Origin: an uncultured Chloroflexia bacterium
GTDB lineage: Bacteria > Chloroflexota > UBA6077 > JACCZL01
Direction: 5' to 3'
DNA: 64,000 nucleotides
NCBI GenBank assembly: GCA_963765765.1
Contig: CAVXYC010000001.1
Span: 288,001-352,000 of the forward strand
Below, one piece after another: positions 12,415 to 24,570 of the stretch. The notes below the pieces were generated by a model, which did no database searches, was not told the origin of the DNA, and saw only the letters and a program-made list of their open reading frames with translations. The position numbers were made by a program, and so were the translations under genes. Within the stretch, counting starts at the first letter, position 1; every line of letters begins with the position of its first letter.

Positions 12415-13164
12415 ATGCACCAGCACGCCGAGACCGACCCCACCCGCGACCGGGCGATAGGGACGACGCTCGGGTACGGCAGGCCGATCGCGCTGGGGCG
12501 GCGCTCGTTCCTGCGGGGTGCCCTTGTGGGGGTAGCAGGCATGGTGATCGGCGCCGGGATGAGTAGCTGCTCCGCGTCTTCACCGAGCCGCGTGGAAGCC
12601 CAGCCCGAGCCGAAACCGGTGACGCCCCCGTCGACCGGAAACACGGCCTTGTTAGCCTATTTCTCGCGGGCCGGCGAGAACTACTACTACGGCGGACGGA
12701 CCTACCTCACGCTCGGGAACACCGAAGTGCTGGCGGGCATGATCGCCCGGCTCATCGGGTGTGACGTCCACCGCATCGACCCCGTCGATCCCTATCCCGA
12801 GGACTACGAGGAGACCCGCGAGCGGAACGTCAGGGAGCAACGCGCCAATGCCCGTCCGGCCATCGCGAACCCGCTGGACTCGATCGAGCGCTATGACACC
12901 GTGCTGCTGGGCAGCCCGATCTGGAACGTCAGGGCTCCCATGATCATGTCGACCTTCGTCGAGAGTTTCGACTTCACCGGCATGACCGTCTTCCCGTTCG
13001 TGACGTACGCGGTGAGCGGACTGGGCACGACGATGCGCGATTATGCCGCGGCGTGCCCCGGCGCAACCATCGGGGAGGGTCTCGCGGTGCGCGGCGAAGA
13101 AGTGGGGGAGGCCGGTGCCGCGGTCGAGTCGTGGCTGCGGCGCATCGACCTGCTCAAGACATGA
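12415..13164 (+). CDS. Flavodoxin (Flavodoxin_4 type) with Tat/lipoprotein signal
   Basis: GRRSFLRG ... MSSC; LAYFSRAGENY, GNTE, LGSPIWN, PFVTY. Confidence 0.88.
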   Translation: MHQHAETDPTRDRAIGTTLGYGRPIALGRRSFLRGALVGVAGMVIGAGMSSCSASSPSRVEAQPEPKPVTPPSTGNTALLAYFSRAGENYYYGGRTYLTLGNTEVLAGMIARLIGCDVHRIDPVDPYPEDYEETRERNVREQRANARPAIANPLDSIERYDTVLLGSPIWNVRAPMIMSTFVESFDFTGMTVFPFVTYAVSGLGTTMRDYAAACPGATIGEGLAVRGEEVGEAGAAVESWLRRIDLLKT

Positions 13165-13292
13165 CGCAGGCCGGACGCTTGGCGGCGGCAGACGCCGGGC
13201 AGAAGCGCGGACGTGGCCACAACACAGGAGCAGCGGTGATACTCGCAGCTCACCAGTCAATCGGGACAACCGGGCATAAAGGAGAACGACCC

Positions 13293-13644
<352 letters not shown>

Positions 13645-13763
13645 TAGCTAGGCTGACGAGCGGTACATCGAGTTGCTCTCAATGACGCATCTGAAATGGT
13701 GCATCTCGACTTGCGCGTGCCGGTCTTTCTCCATGCGAATGTCCTTCAGAGGGATTGAGCTGG

Positions 13764-13807
13764 CCGGAGAAGCAGGCGCCGGAAGGCGGAGGCGCCTGCT
13801 TCTCCGG
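13764..13807. terminator. Perfect 17-bp hairpin downstream of gabD
   Basis: ccggagaagcaggcgcc-10 nt-ggcgcctgcttctccgg. Confidence 0.7.
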
Positions 13808-13823
13808 TGAGGCTGAATGACGG

Positions 13824-15188
13824 TTAGCTAACCACCACCGTCTTGATGTTCATGAACTCGCGGATGCCATAGCTGCTCAGCTCGCGGCCGTAGCCGGACA
13901 TCTTGATGCCGCCGAACGGCAGGCGCGGGTCGGAGGCCACCAGGCCATTGATGAACGTCGACCCTGCCTCGAGCTCACGGGCAACCCGTTCGCCGCGCTC
14001 GATGTCGCGGGTGAACACGGCCGCGCCGAGTCCGAACACTGAGTCATTGGCGATGCGAATGGCGTCTTGCTCGTCCTTCGCGGTGATGATCGACGCAACC
14101 GGACCGAACAGCTCTTCATCGTAGGCTGGCATACCTGGCTTCACGTCGGTCAGCACCGTGGGCGGGTAGTACGCTCCGGCGTCAGGCGGAACTTCTCCGC
14201 CGAGGAGCACCTTCGCGCCGCGTGCGATGGAGTCCTTCACTTGCTGGTGGAGCTCATCGCGGAGTTCGTGTCGCGCCTGCGGGCCAACATCCGTGTCATC
14301 GGCCAGAGGGTCACCCATCTTCTTGGCTCTCATGAACGCCACGTACTTCTCAGTGAACGTCGCCGCGACCGGCTCCACCACGACGAAGCGCTTTGCGTTG
14401 ATGCAGCTCTGCCCGCTGTTGAGCAGCCTGGAGTTGACGCACGTCTGCGCGGCGAGCTCCAGGTCGGCGTCCTCGAGCACCAGGTACGCGTCCGATCCGC
14501 CCAGCTCCAGTACGGTCTTTTTCAGCACCGCGCCCGCCTGTGACGAGACTGCTTGACCCGCCGGCGTGCTTCCGGTCAGGGTCACCGCCTTGACCAACGG
14601 GTTCTCGATGACCGCCTGCACCTGCTTACTGCCGATGAGCAGGGTGCGGAAAACGTCCTTCGGGAACCCAGCCTGAACGAAGATTTCCTCGATCGCCATT
14701 GCGCAGCCGGGAACGTTGGACGCGTGCTTCAGAACTCCGGCGTTACCCGCCATGAGCGCGGGCGCCGCGAAACGGAACACCTGCCAGAATGGAAAGTTCC
14801 AAGGCATGACGGCCAGCACAATGCCGATTGGATCGAATGCTACGTACGATTTGGCCGAGTCCGTCTTGACCTGTTCCGAAGCAAGCTGCTTCTCGGCGTT
14901 CTCCGCGTAGTACTCGCAGCCCCAGGCACTTTTCTCCGCCTCGGCAACACCCTGCTTCAGCGGCTTGCCCATCTCCTCGGCCATCATCTGTGCGAGCTCT
15001 GTCTTTCGATCGCGCAGGATGCTGGCCGCTCGCTTCATCAGCTCTGCACGATGCGCGAAGGAGGTTGTCCGCCAGGATCTCCACGCTTCGTGCGTCTGCT
15101 TGATGATTTCGGAGACTTGCTCGGGGGTGTGCTCGTCGTAGCTCTTGATCGACTGGCCTGTAGCGGGGTTTACGGATGTGATGGGCAT
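13824..15188 (-). CDS. gabD: NAD(P)-dependent succinate-semialdehyde dehydrogenase
   Basis: AVMPWNFPFWQ, LKHASNVP, LTGS, LELGGSD, catalytic GQSC, EELFGPV. Confidence 0.9.
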   Translation of the reverse strand: MPITSVNPATGQSIKSYDEHTPEQVSEIIKQTHEAWRSWRTTSFAHRAELMKRAASILRDRKTELAQMMAEEMGKPLKQGVAEAEKSAWGCEYYAENAEKQLASEQVKTDSAKSYVAFDPIGIVLAVMPWNFPFWQVFRFAAPALMAGNAGVLKHASNVPGCAMAIEEIFVQAGFPKDVFRTLLIGSKQVQAVIENPLVKAVTLTGSTPAGQAVSSQAGAVLKKTVLELGGSDAYLVLEDADLELAAQTCVNSRLLNSGQSCINAKRFVVVEPVAATFTEKYVAFMRAKKMGDPLADDTDVGPQARHELRDELHQQVKDSIARGAKVLLGGEVPPDAGAYYPPTVLTDVKPGMPAYDEELFGPVASIITAKDEQDAIRIANDSVFGLGAAVFTRDIERGERVARELEAGSTFINGLVASDPRLPFGGIKMSGYGRELSSYGIREFMNIKTVVVS

Positions 15189-15926
15189 CGGCGTTGGTGC
15201 TCCTCGAGTTAGATGCGAGTTGATAGGTACATCGTAACTCCGATGAAGCTGGGCGGCTGGAGGGAAACGCGAGAAGACGACCCCCGAGCACGGGGAGGGC
15301 TCGGGGGGCTAGCGGGGAGGGTGGTGGCCTGGCGCCTGTGCGGGCAAACTGAGCTAAGGATCAGCGAAATGTCTATTCAATGGGCAGCGCGGGCCGCATT
15401 GACCTTCGAAGCGAGAGATGTGCCGTGCGCCGAGTCGTCTGCCGTTACCCCGTGACCCGAGACAGAGGGCTCATTCCAACCTGCCCAGCGCGGGTAGCAA
15501 CGCACGATGCCGCTCCATGTTGATCCAGCTCCCGAAATACGGTGTCCTTCAATTGGTCGAGCGTGCGTGGTCCGATGATCGGGCTGGACGCCCCGGGCGG
15601 TCCAGGCACCAAGCAAGCGCAAGCTGAGTCAGTGAACAGCCTCGTTCCGCCGCAAGGTGTGTCAGAGTATCAATCGCGTCGAAGACGGACCTCGCTTAAC
15701 CCGTTCGGTGAGATTGTGGGCACTGGAGCCCTCGCCGCGTCGTATGTAAATGACATAGATTCGGCGCCGACATGCCATTCGCCATAGTCGAGGAGCGTCC
15801 CACTGCCTTGAGCTGATCGGACGGGAAATCGGGTCGGTCTACGGTAGGAGTCGCTGCCAGAACTGGACAATAGCCTGATCGGGCTATGGGGACCGCTCGT
15901 AAGTTTCAAGGGGTCTTGCCTCACTG

Positions 15927-16739
15927 CTACAAACCATTCGTCGGCGGGGGGCATGCGCCGTGCTCGACGGCACAGACAGCGATCTCGGTACGGCTTTTCA
16001 GCACCCACGCTTCCCCATGATGTGGTTGGCCATCGTCCCGGGCGCGAGCACATGACGCTGGGCGATGCGTTTATTCGTCAGACCCCTCGGCCACCAGCGC
16101 GGTGAGCTCTCGCTCGCGGGCTTTGAGCTACAGTCCGGATCGCGCGGTGCTGTGCCGATCCCGACGACGGGCATCGTGGGTGATTGGCTCGGCACGTGCG
16201 GCGGAATTCACGATCACCGCCATCGCGATTACGCGCGCGGCAGCCTCCAGAAACTCCTGGTCCGCGGCCGTGAAGTGATTGGGGGATCCGGCGTGCGCAT
16301 CGAGCACGCCGACGGCCTGGTTGCCCACCTGCATCCGGCTGAGCACGCCGCTCCGGCTTTCCAGGGCTGTGGCGATGTCACGGCGCTCCTCGGGCTCCGT
16401 ATCGCGGTGCCCGGTGCGGACGCTGGCGCCATCCCTGAAGACCCTGACCGCCAGGCCCCCATCCGGGAGCGGCAGACGATCGACACCGATCGCCCGCTCC
16501 AGACGACCCATGGGGGAACGCGGCGCACGGACGGCGATGAGGCTTTCGGACGAAGCGTCATACAGGAAGATGTCCAGCGCATCAGCCCCCACGGCCTTGA
16601 CGATGATCGCCGACGCCGCATCGAACACGGTCTGGAGCGGCGCGGTGGGATCAACCTGCGCCAGGGCGCAGAGCGCCGCATACCGATTGGTCGCCGGGCG
16701 TGAAGCTTCGGCAGTTGGTGTAAGGAAATTCATCACCAT
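15927..16739 (-). CDS. GAF plus LuxR-HTH regulator (frameshifted or degenerate), paralog of 27222-28022
   Basis: GAF DALDIFLYD..SLIAV..PMGR..GVDRLP..TGH; HTH GLTNKRIA..LAPGTMANH, KSRTEIAVCAVEHG spread over several frames. Confidence 0.8.
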
Positions 16740-16904
16740 AGGGACACCTCGAATGATGGTCGCTGGGAATCTCAGTGGGGGGACATTGAGATGGCATGGT
16801 GCCCACTGTATTGGGGTGACTCGCGCGGGATATGTATGAAATTGCACATCCTCCCATGCAGCGTTCGGTTCATTGTTAGCTGAGCACCAGGAGGGGAGCT
16901 GTCC

Positions 16905-17196
16905 ATGCCGCCAACGGAAGTTATCGCGCTCACGGATGAGATTCACGCACGGTTTGAGCATGGCGAATTCGCCGGGCTGGGCCCGATCGCGGTGGAGGGC
17001 GGGATGTTCCTCCCCGACGCGGAGGTGGTCGCCCGGATCCTGCTCGCGGACGTCGAGGATTGGGCGGTACGCGAGTCCTGGGATCACGTCAGCCCCCCGC
17101 AGTGGAACCATCTCGACCGCGCAGCTGCGCGATTTCCTGCATGAGGTGGAGCACCTTCGCGTCGCGCACGCTCGGCGGAACCGCGTCCCGGCTTGA
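16905..17196 (+). CDS. Protein X family member (copy A), frameshift near 17120
   Basis: EVIALTDEIHARFEHGEFAGLGPIAVEGG..DAEVVARILLADVEDW; strong RBS ggagggg; C-terminus QLRDFLHEVEHLR in another frame. Confidence 0.75.
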
Positions 17197-17218
17197 CGAG
17201 GCGGCGTCCCCTTCCATC

Positions 17219-18220
17219 GTGAAGTGGTTCGAGCTGGCGCTCCAGCGATCACCGATCGTCGTCTACAGTCAGGACACCGAGCTGCGGTACACCTGGATCT
17301 ACAATCCGCACCCGGATTTCGTGCCGGAGACCGTCGGCAAGACCGACGCGGAATTGCTCCGTCCGGACGAGTTCGAGCGGATCCGGGACATCAAGCGGCG
17401 CGTCATGGACACGGGCATCGGCACCCGAGAAACGGTCGTGGTGTCGGTAAGTGGCACGCCCACGTACTTCGACATGACGGTCGAACCGCTGTACGACGCA
17501 CGCGGCGCGATCATCGGCGTGACCGGCTCGTCGGCGGACATCACGGCCCTCATGCGCACCGAGCAGGCGCTGGCCCGGCGCGAGGCCCAGCTCAATGAAG
17601 CGCAGCATGTCGCGCAGATCGGCAGCTGGGAGTGGGACGTGGTCACCAACCAGCTGAGCTGGTCCGCCGAGCAGTATCGCATCATGGGTTTCGATCCGGA
17701 GGCGGGGATGCCGAGCCGTCCGGCGGCGCAGGCACGGATCCATCCCGATGATCGGGAACGAGCCATGCAGCTGTCGCAGCGGAGTGCCGAGACGGGCGAG
17801 CCGTATGCCTCTGATCTGCGCCTGGTGCATCCCGACGGCAATGAGCGCGTGATTCACAGCCGCGGCGCCGTGGTGCGCGATGCCACCGGCCGTGTGGAGC
17901 GCTTGATCGGGACGTCGCAGGACATCACCGAGCGGGTGCAGGCGGATGCCGCGCGGGCGGCCGACCGCGAGGTGCAGGCGCGCCTGGATGGCATGATCTT
18001 CGCGGCCCGGCAGCTCGCCGACCGGATGTCCGACAGCCTGGAGCGATCCTGCGGATGCATGGAGGCATTTCCCTCGGACTCGGCGACCGACGTGGAGATG
18101 CGCGTAGCACTGGACGCGGCCATGCACGACCTCCGCGAGCTGCGGCAGCTGGTGGGCGATGCGTCATCGAGCGATGGGATCGGCTTTCAGGGTGAAGCGA
18201 GTGAGCGGACACCGGGCTGA
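17219..18220 (+). CDS. PAS-PAS(PAS_3) sensory protein with no recognisable output domain
   Basis: VYSQDTELRYTWIYNP..GKTDAEL, DMTVEPLYDARGAIIG; AQIGSWEWDV, IHPDDR, GTSQDITER; start codon uncertain. Confidence 0.82.
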   Translation: MKWFELALQRSPIVVYSQDTELRYTWIYNPHPDFVPETVGKTDAELLRPDEFERIRDIKRRVMDTGIGTRETVVVSVSGTPTYFDMTVEPLYDARGAIIGVTGSSADITALMRTEQALARREAQLNEAQHVAQIGSWEWDVVTNQLSWSAEQYRIMGFDPEAGMPSRPAAQARIHPDDRERAMQLSQRSAETGEPYASDLRLVHPDGNERVIHSRGAVVRDATGRVERLIGTSQDITERVQADAARAADREVQARLDGMIFAARQLADRMSDSLERSCGCMEAFPSDSATDVEMRVALDAAMHDLRELRQLVGDASSSDGIGFQGEASERTPG

Positions 18221-18232
18221 GACGGCGCCACG

Positions 18233-20993
18233 ATGACCGGGATCCAAGCTCGGCAGGTGCCGAGCACGACCATCCCGAGCACCAAGCTCCGCCCTCCCGA
18301 GCTGCCCTCGGATTTCATTCCCCGGCCGCGGGTGCACCAGCGGCTGACGGCCGGCTGGGGATGCCCGCTGATGCTGGTGTGCGCGCCGGCCGGATTCGGG
18401 AAGACGATCGCGCTGGCCGGCTGGCTGCAGGACGCTCGGCGTCCCTGGGTGTGGGTCAGCCTGGACGAGCACGACAGCGACCTGGTGAGCTTCACGCGCG
18501 TGCTCGTCGCGGCGCTGGGCACCGTCGTTCCGCGGGCCGGTCACCAGGCGCTGGCGCTGGCCGCGCAGACCGAGCACCCGTCGCTCAGCCAGTTGAGCGC
18601 CCTGCTGGCCGACGATCTCGCGGGGATCGACCACGAGCTGGTCATCGTGCTGGACGACTTCCACCTGATCCGCGACGAGGCGATCCACGCGCTCGTGGCG
18701 CTGCTGGCGCGGCGTCTCCCGCCGAGCATCCAGCTGGTGCTGGCGAGCCGCGCGGCGCCGCCGCTGCCGGTGGCGCTGCTGGGCGGCCGGCACGCGCTGG
18801 TCGAGGTGCGCGCCGACGACCTGCGCTTCGATCGGGCCGAGGCGCTGGCGTTCGTGCGGGGGATGAGCACGGCCCCGCTCGATCTGCGCGGGGTCGCCGA
18901 AGCGGTCGAGCGGTCGGAGGGCTGGGCGGTGGGGCTGCGCCTGCTGACCCTGGTCGGCGGACCATCCGGGGCGCGGCGGACCGGCCGGTCCGGCGGCTCC
19001 GCAGAAGCAGGACGTGGACGCCTATCTTTTTGACGAGGTGCTGGCCCGCCAGACGCCGGAGCTGCGGCGCTTTCTGATGCAGAGCGGCGATCCTGGAGCG
19101 CTTCTGCGCGCCGCTGTGCGAGGCGGTCGTGGATGGCCTGCAGCCCGGCGACGGCCGGCGCCTGCTGGACGAGAGCCTGGCCGCCGGGCTGTTTGTGACG
19201 GCGCTCGACGACGAGCAGCGCTGGTACCGCTTCCACCACCTGTTCCGCGCCATGCTGCAACGCCGCCTCGAGCACGATGCCGGGGCGGAGGGCGTGCGGG
19301 CGCTGCGGCAGCGGGCCAGCGACTGGCTGGCCGGCCAGGGGTTGTGGGACGAGGCGGCGGCCCAGGCGATCGAGGCGGACGACGTCGGTCGGGTCACGTC
19401 GCTGGTCGAGACCTGTCTGATGACCGAGCGGAGCATCGACGTGGGATTGATGCTCGAGGCGTGGACCCGTCGGCTGCCGCGTGACGTCGTGGAGGCGAGC
19501 CCGACGCTCGTCGCTGGCCCGCTGCGGGATGCTGGCTATCCGCGGCGAGGTGGACGAGCTGGAGTCGGAGCTGCGTCGGCTCGACGCGCTGCTCGCCGCA
19601 TGAGCCGGCGCGCATGAGCGCCGGCCTTGCTGCCGATCGCGCGCGGTCAGATCGACAGGCAGCTCGCGTGGGTGCTCCATCTGAAGGGCGGCGACGATCA
19701 TGAAGCGCTCGCGCGTGCTCGAGCGCGCGCTCGACCTGCTCCCGATGGACCAGTACGACTTCCGCGGCGGCGCCGTCGCACTCTACGCCTTCACGTTGCA
19801 CTGTCTGGGACGGACCGACGAGGCGCTCGCCTGGATCCGCGCCGAGCACGGTCGCGACACGGCGCGGCATCCCGACTACGCCGCGCGCCTGCTGATTGGC
19901 CGGCTGTACGTCGAGCTCGCATCGGGGCGGCTGCCGGCCGCCGTCGAGACCGGCCGGCAGATGGTGGTCTTCGGCAGCGCGCACCAGCAGCCCCTGGCGA
20001 TCGGCTGGGGGCACTACGCCCAGGGACGGGTCGCGTACGAGTGGAACGATCTCGACGGGGCGCGCGCGCACTTCGAGGCCGTGCGGGCGCTCGGCCGCGA
20101 TGCCCATCGCCTGTGCGCGGTCAATGCGACGCTCGGGCTGGCGCAGACGCTCATGGCCGGAGGGCAGCCGGCCGAGGCGGAGCAGCTGGTGCGCGCGGAG
20201 CTCGCGGAAGCCGAGGACGCGGGCAACGCGTTCTTCGTCGAGCGCGTGCGGTCGTTTCTGGCCCGCCTGGCGCTCGCGTCGGATGACCTGGACGGCGCCA
20301 CCCGGTGGCTGGCGGGGGTCACGATCACCCGCCAGGGGATCACGGGGTTCGACATCGAGGATGCGCGGCTCACCCGCGCGCGCGTCCTGGTGGCGCGGGC
20401 CACCTCCGAGGACCTGGAGCCCGGATGAAGCGGCCGCCGCGGTGGACCACGCGATCGCGGCCGCCGACGGCGCGGCACATGATCGCCTCGCTCGTCCAGG
20501 GGCTGGCGCTGCGCGCCGTGGTCGAGCGGTCGCGCGGCGAGCTGCAGCGGGCCGCCGGGTCGCTGGCGCGGGCGCTGGAGCTCGGCGGGCCGGGGCGCTT
20601 CACGCGGACGTTCATCGATCTCGGGCCGCCGCTGACCGCGCTGCTGGCCGAGCTGATGCGCCAGGGCGAGCTGGCGCCGGGCGGACGGCGGGTGCTCATG
20701 GCCTGCCGGGCGGCGTCCGTGGGGACGGCGTTCGGCCGGCCGAGCCGGACGAATCGGTGGTGCCGCTGTCCCGCCGGCCGAGCCGGGACCCGGCTGAGCC
20801 GAGCGTCGCCGAAGCACTGACCTGGCGGGAGCTCGACGTGCTGGCGTTGATGGACGGACACCTCAGCAACGAGGAGATCACGCGGCTGCTGGGGCTGGAC
20901 GACGCGACGCGTGCAGCGGCACATCACCAGCATCGCCAGCAAGCTCCGGGTGGTCGGCCGAGACGACGCGGTGCTGCAGGCCGACGATGGTGA
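18233..20993 (+). CDS. MalT-like ATP-dependent LuxR regulator (multiple frameshifts)
   Basis: TKLRPP, Walker A APAGFGKT, WVSLD, Walker B VLDDFH, SEGWAVGL, WYRFHHLF, TPR-like middle, LTWRELDVL..HLSNEEI HTH. Confidence 0.85.
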
Positions 20994-21071
20994 GACGCCG
21001 CCATCCGACTAACGCTGGCGGCGGAGTGGGACCTCGGCTGACCACCGAGCGCATGACGGCCAGCACCGACG

Positions 21072-22285
21072 ATGGCGAGCGCCATGCGCGCTGATGGTCA
21101 CCTGACGAAGGCGTCGGTGGCGGCGGTCGTGCTCCCGGCCGCCGCCAGCCAGCTGTGGTTCGTCACGCTGCCGCCCTTCCTCCCGACGATCGCCGAGGCG
21201 ATCGGGGTGAGCACGGCGCTGGCGGGCCAGATCGTGGGCCTGCCGGTGTTGCTCGCCGCGGTGCTGATCCTGGGGGTGGGCCCGCTCATCGACGCCTACG
21301 GGCATGCGCGGGTGATGACGGTCGCCCTGGTGGCCATCGCCGTCAGCTCGCTGGGCACCGCGGTGGCCACCGGCGCCGGCGTGCTGCTCGCCGCCCGGCT
21401 GGTGGGCGCATTCGGTCGGGCCGGGGTCATCCCGGCCGCGTTCGTCGATGCCGTGGAGCGGCCCAGCCAGGAGCAGCGCCGCCACGGCACCAGCTGGGTG
21501 GTCGCGGGCGCGGCGGCGGCACCCCTCCTCGGCGTCCCGCTGCTCACGCAGGTCGGGCGCGCAGGCCGGCTGGCGTGTGGCGTTTGTCTTGATCGGCGTC
21601 CTGGCCGCGCTCGCTGCCATGCTGGCGTGGCGACAGCCTCGCGGGCATCCGTCGGCCTCGGCGCGAGCGTCCCGGCCAACGCTGCGCAGTTTCCGGCCGC
21701 TGCTGTCCCGAGCCGGCCATCACGACGGTGCTGCTCTCCTCGCTGGTGGGGAACGCCGGCCTGTGGACGGTCTCACCTACCTCGGGGTGCTCTATCAGAA
21801 CCGGCTGGGGCTTGGGCCCCAGGATGCCGGCTGGGCCCTCACCGCCTTCGGGCTCGGCCAGCTCGCCGGGTCACTGGCGGCGCGGGACCGCCGCGTCGGC
21901 CGGGCCTCGCGTCGCCTGCTGGCCGCCTGTCGTGTGGGGATCGGCGTGCTGCTGGGCCTCGCGTTCCTCATGCCCATCGGAGCGACCGGCCTGGTGGTGC
22001 TGCTCTTCGTGTGGTGGGGTGCTTGGGGGTGTGCAAGCATCCATCATGCCGCTGATCTTGAGTCGACAGCCGTCGTCGGAGACGGGGACCGTCCAATCGC
22101 TCAACTGGCTGGCGCTCACCGCCGGCATCGCCCTGGGGGCCTCGTTCGGCGGCGTCCTCCTTGCGGCCGGCGATATCCCGCTCGTGGGGTTGGGCACGCT
22201 CGGCCTCTCGTGCTTGGCTGCGACGATTCTCTTCTGGCCGCGTTCAGCGAGTCCCACCCCTGCACCACGCTGGCAGAAGTCATAG
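21072..22285 (+). CDS. MFS transporter (frameshifted)
   Basis: Multiple transmembrane segments; GPLIDAYGHARV motif A, LLAARLVGAFG, GWRVAF. Confidence 0.8.
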
Positions 22286-22713
22286 TTTGCTCGCGACGGC
22301 TGCCTAGCGACATGGAGAAATCTGCATCTTTACGGTCGAGACCCGGATGAGCGCCCCGGTCTGGCTCTAGTGTGCTACGCTTGTAGCAGCCGGTCTCCAC
22401 GATGGAGATAAATGGGCGTGGTTTGTTCACGCACGATGTGGCACTTTGGGTCGGCCGCCAGAGGCGTCTCACCAGGCCGTAACGCGAACTTACCTGCTCA
22501 TATTTTGTCCTAGGATTCTTTTCAGCGCCTGGGTGCGCCACACCCAAGAAGTTCCCGGGCACCAGTTACCTGAATACGCTGATTGTCTCGCCAGTGAAGC
22601 GGGGCACACGGATTGCGCTACACATGACACCCGAGCGCCGGGGCGGTGGTCGTGGTTTCCTGACCATTGACCCTTCCCACGCCGAAGCCCAGCCGGTGCC
22701 CAAAGGATTGAAC

Positions 22714-22983
22714 ATGACAGAGCCACCATTGGGATCCGATCGTGCACTGCGACGTTTTCGTGTCGCTCTGGCAGCCGCCGAAGCGGCTCCATCTGCAGCG
22801 TCCGTTGCCTCGCTCAGCGAGGCGGCGCTTCTGCTGAACACCGAGCTTCGCGCTGCTTACGTGGCTGCCGGCAGTCCGTACGGCGATGACCGTGCAGGCA
22901 TGTACCGCTGGCTCCGAGAGGGCATCGGGCGACCGGACACAGGACCTGATGAGATGCAGAGCGATCGCTTCATGACGAGCTAG
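22714..22983 (+). CDS. Small hypothetical protein
   Basis: Helical ORF with AYVAAGSPYGDDRAGMYRWL motif; aagga RBS. Confidence 0.55.
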   Translation: MTEPPLGSDRALRRFRVALAAAEAAPSAASVASLSEAALLLNTELRAAYVAAGSPYGDDRAGMYRWLREGIGRPDTGPDEMQSDRFMTS

Positions 22984-23381
22984 GTCCTACTAGCTAGGAA
23001 GGTGCCGTCCCGACCGGTTGCTACGTCGTCGCCCATAAACGATCGCCGTCTAAAATGAAGAAGCGACAAGAACCCGTTGATGGGAACCAAGCGAACTTCG
23101 CACCGGATGTCGGGCGGATTACCGCCAGCCGGTCTTCGCAGATCGCAGTCGAAGGCCCGTGCTTTACGTGTAGTCGCGCTTTACAAGCGCCACCCGATCG
23201 GGCGCACGACGACCCGGGCTGAGCTAACCTGCCGGTTCACTCTGCCTTGAAGGGGCGCGGTGCAGCGCCCATCGCGATTCGCGACGCGCAAACGTCAGGC
23301 GGCCGCGGTCCATGGCGAGGATGCAGCAGTCCCTGGATGATGTCGGAATGCGCGGTGGCTCCACCACCGCCGAGACGATGG

Positions 23382-23624
23382 TCAACGGTGCAATCCGTGC
23401 TCCATCGTCCACACCGCGATCTGTAAGCGGCTGAACAGTCCCAACGCCCGGAACATGTGCGCTATCTCGTTGGACACGGCTTCGGGCGTCAACGCGAGCC
23501 GCGCGGCAATCTCGCGGTTCGAGAGGCCCTCGGTCACGAGGGCGGCAATGTCTTCCTGGAGCGGACTAAGCACTCCTGGGCAATCGTCGCCGGAATTCGG
23601 GGGCGGATCAAGGTCGGTACGCAT
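23382..23624 (-). CDS. Stand-alone LuxR HTH protein (module 1)
   Basis: LSPLQEDIAALVTEGLSNREIAARLALTPEAVSNEIAHMFRALGLFSRLQIAVW. Confidence 0.85.
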   Translation of the reverse strand: MRTDLDPPPNSGDDCPGVLSPLQEDIAALVTEGLSNREIAARLALTPEAVSNEIAHMFRALGLFSRLQIAVWTMEHGLHR

Positions 23625-23795
23625 CGAGCCACTCCTCAGCACTGGCCGGCTGGTCTCGTCATCGGAGAACCAGCACGCACTCTCTGCGCGATGCTCCCGG
23701 TGGCAGGGCTCAGGCCCAGCAAAAACTGCCGTTCCCCAGGATAGCAGCCAGTGGGAGGAATTACCAAGGGTCTCGCTAGGAATTACCGAGCTCGG

Positions 23796-24071
23796 TCAGC
23801 CGGCAGCGTCGCGCTCGTCCCGATCCTGTCGGAGAAGCTGCCGGGCTTCCGTTCCAACGGTCCGCAGCCGCTGCTCACTGGACGGATGCGTCGGGTGCGT
23901 GCGATCCCACTCGCGGATGTCCTCGATGTCGGCGAGGACGATCCGCGCCACAAGCTCCGCTTCCATCACTGTTCCGCCGTCGAGCGTCACCGGCGGCAGC
24001 CCGTAAAAGGCGCCGCGCTGCAATCTAGCATCCAGCTCCGCGGCGAGGGCGTCTAATTCGGGCCAATCCAT
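23796..24071 (-). CDS. Protein X family member (copy B)
   Basis: MDWPELDALAAELDARLQRGAFYGLPPVTLDGGTVMEAELVARIVLADIEDIREWD; RBS ggggag. Confidence 0.82.
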   Translation of the reverse strand: MDWPELDALAAELDARLQRGAFYGLPPVTLDGGTVMEAELVARIVLADIEDIREWDRTHPTHPSSEQRLRTVGTEARQLLRQDRDERDAAG

Positions 24072-24093
24072 CGCCAACTCCCCATTGAGTGCG

Positions 24094-24190
24094 CTACGTT
24101 TTGCGATGTGATCCGTCGGGCCGCGGTGAACGGATCACACCAGCATCGATGGTGTTCCGGCCCCAGCTCCAGTCTGCGAATCGTTAGCAC
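24094..24190 (-). promoter_or_regulatory. Conserved leader element, diverged copy (module 1)
   Basis: Minus strand GTGCTAACGATTCGCAGACTG...GGGCCG...CGGCCC GACGGATCAC ATCGCAAAACGTAG, homologous to 25113-25200 and 29377-29471. Confidence 0.55.
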
Positions 24191-24570
24191 CATCTCGCGA
24201 TTTAAGAGGCGCGGTGGAGGATAGTCCAGTAAGCCCGCAGGTGCGACACGTGTAATACATAACGGGTGAGTACACAGTCTGGTTGGCACAGTCTCCCTGC
24301 GTAGTGCAACGCGCAGGGCGGTTCGGATCTTCGTCGATGTCGAGCAGGTCAGTTATAGGTCGTACGGGACTTAAATGCGACGTCGCCTGCGGTGGTCACA
24401 GATCCAGCGCCCTGTATGAATGGTGCGCCCGGGGCCGAGTCGGGGGAGTCACGGCGCAACGTGTCGTCTCGGGCCCCGGGCACCACGTTAGCGGTGTAGG
24501 GGCGGACTGACTCACGGTCAGTGCGGTATCGAACACAGCGCGTCCGTCCGCTTCGACCAGGGGTCAGTGA

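Noticed and set aside
15190-15920. Short ORFs upstream of gabD, and the many long antisense ORFs in the track
   Set aside because: No motifs or RBS; shadow ORFs are expected at this GC content
23070-23235. gggaacca ... agctaacc fragments resembling a c-di-AMP riboswitch (also gagctaact at 47232)
   Set aside because: Other conserved blocks and pairings are missing, and no suitable downstream gene is in sense orientation at 23070
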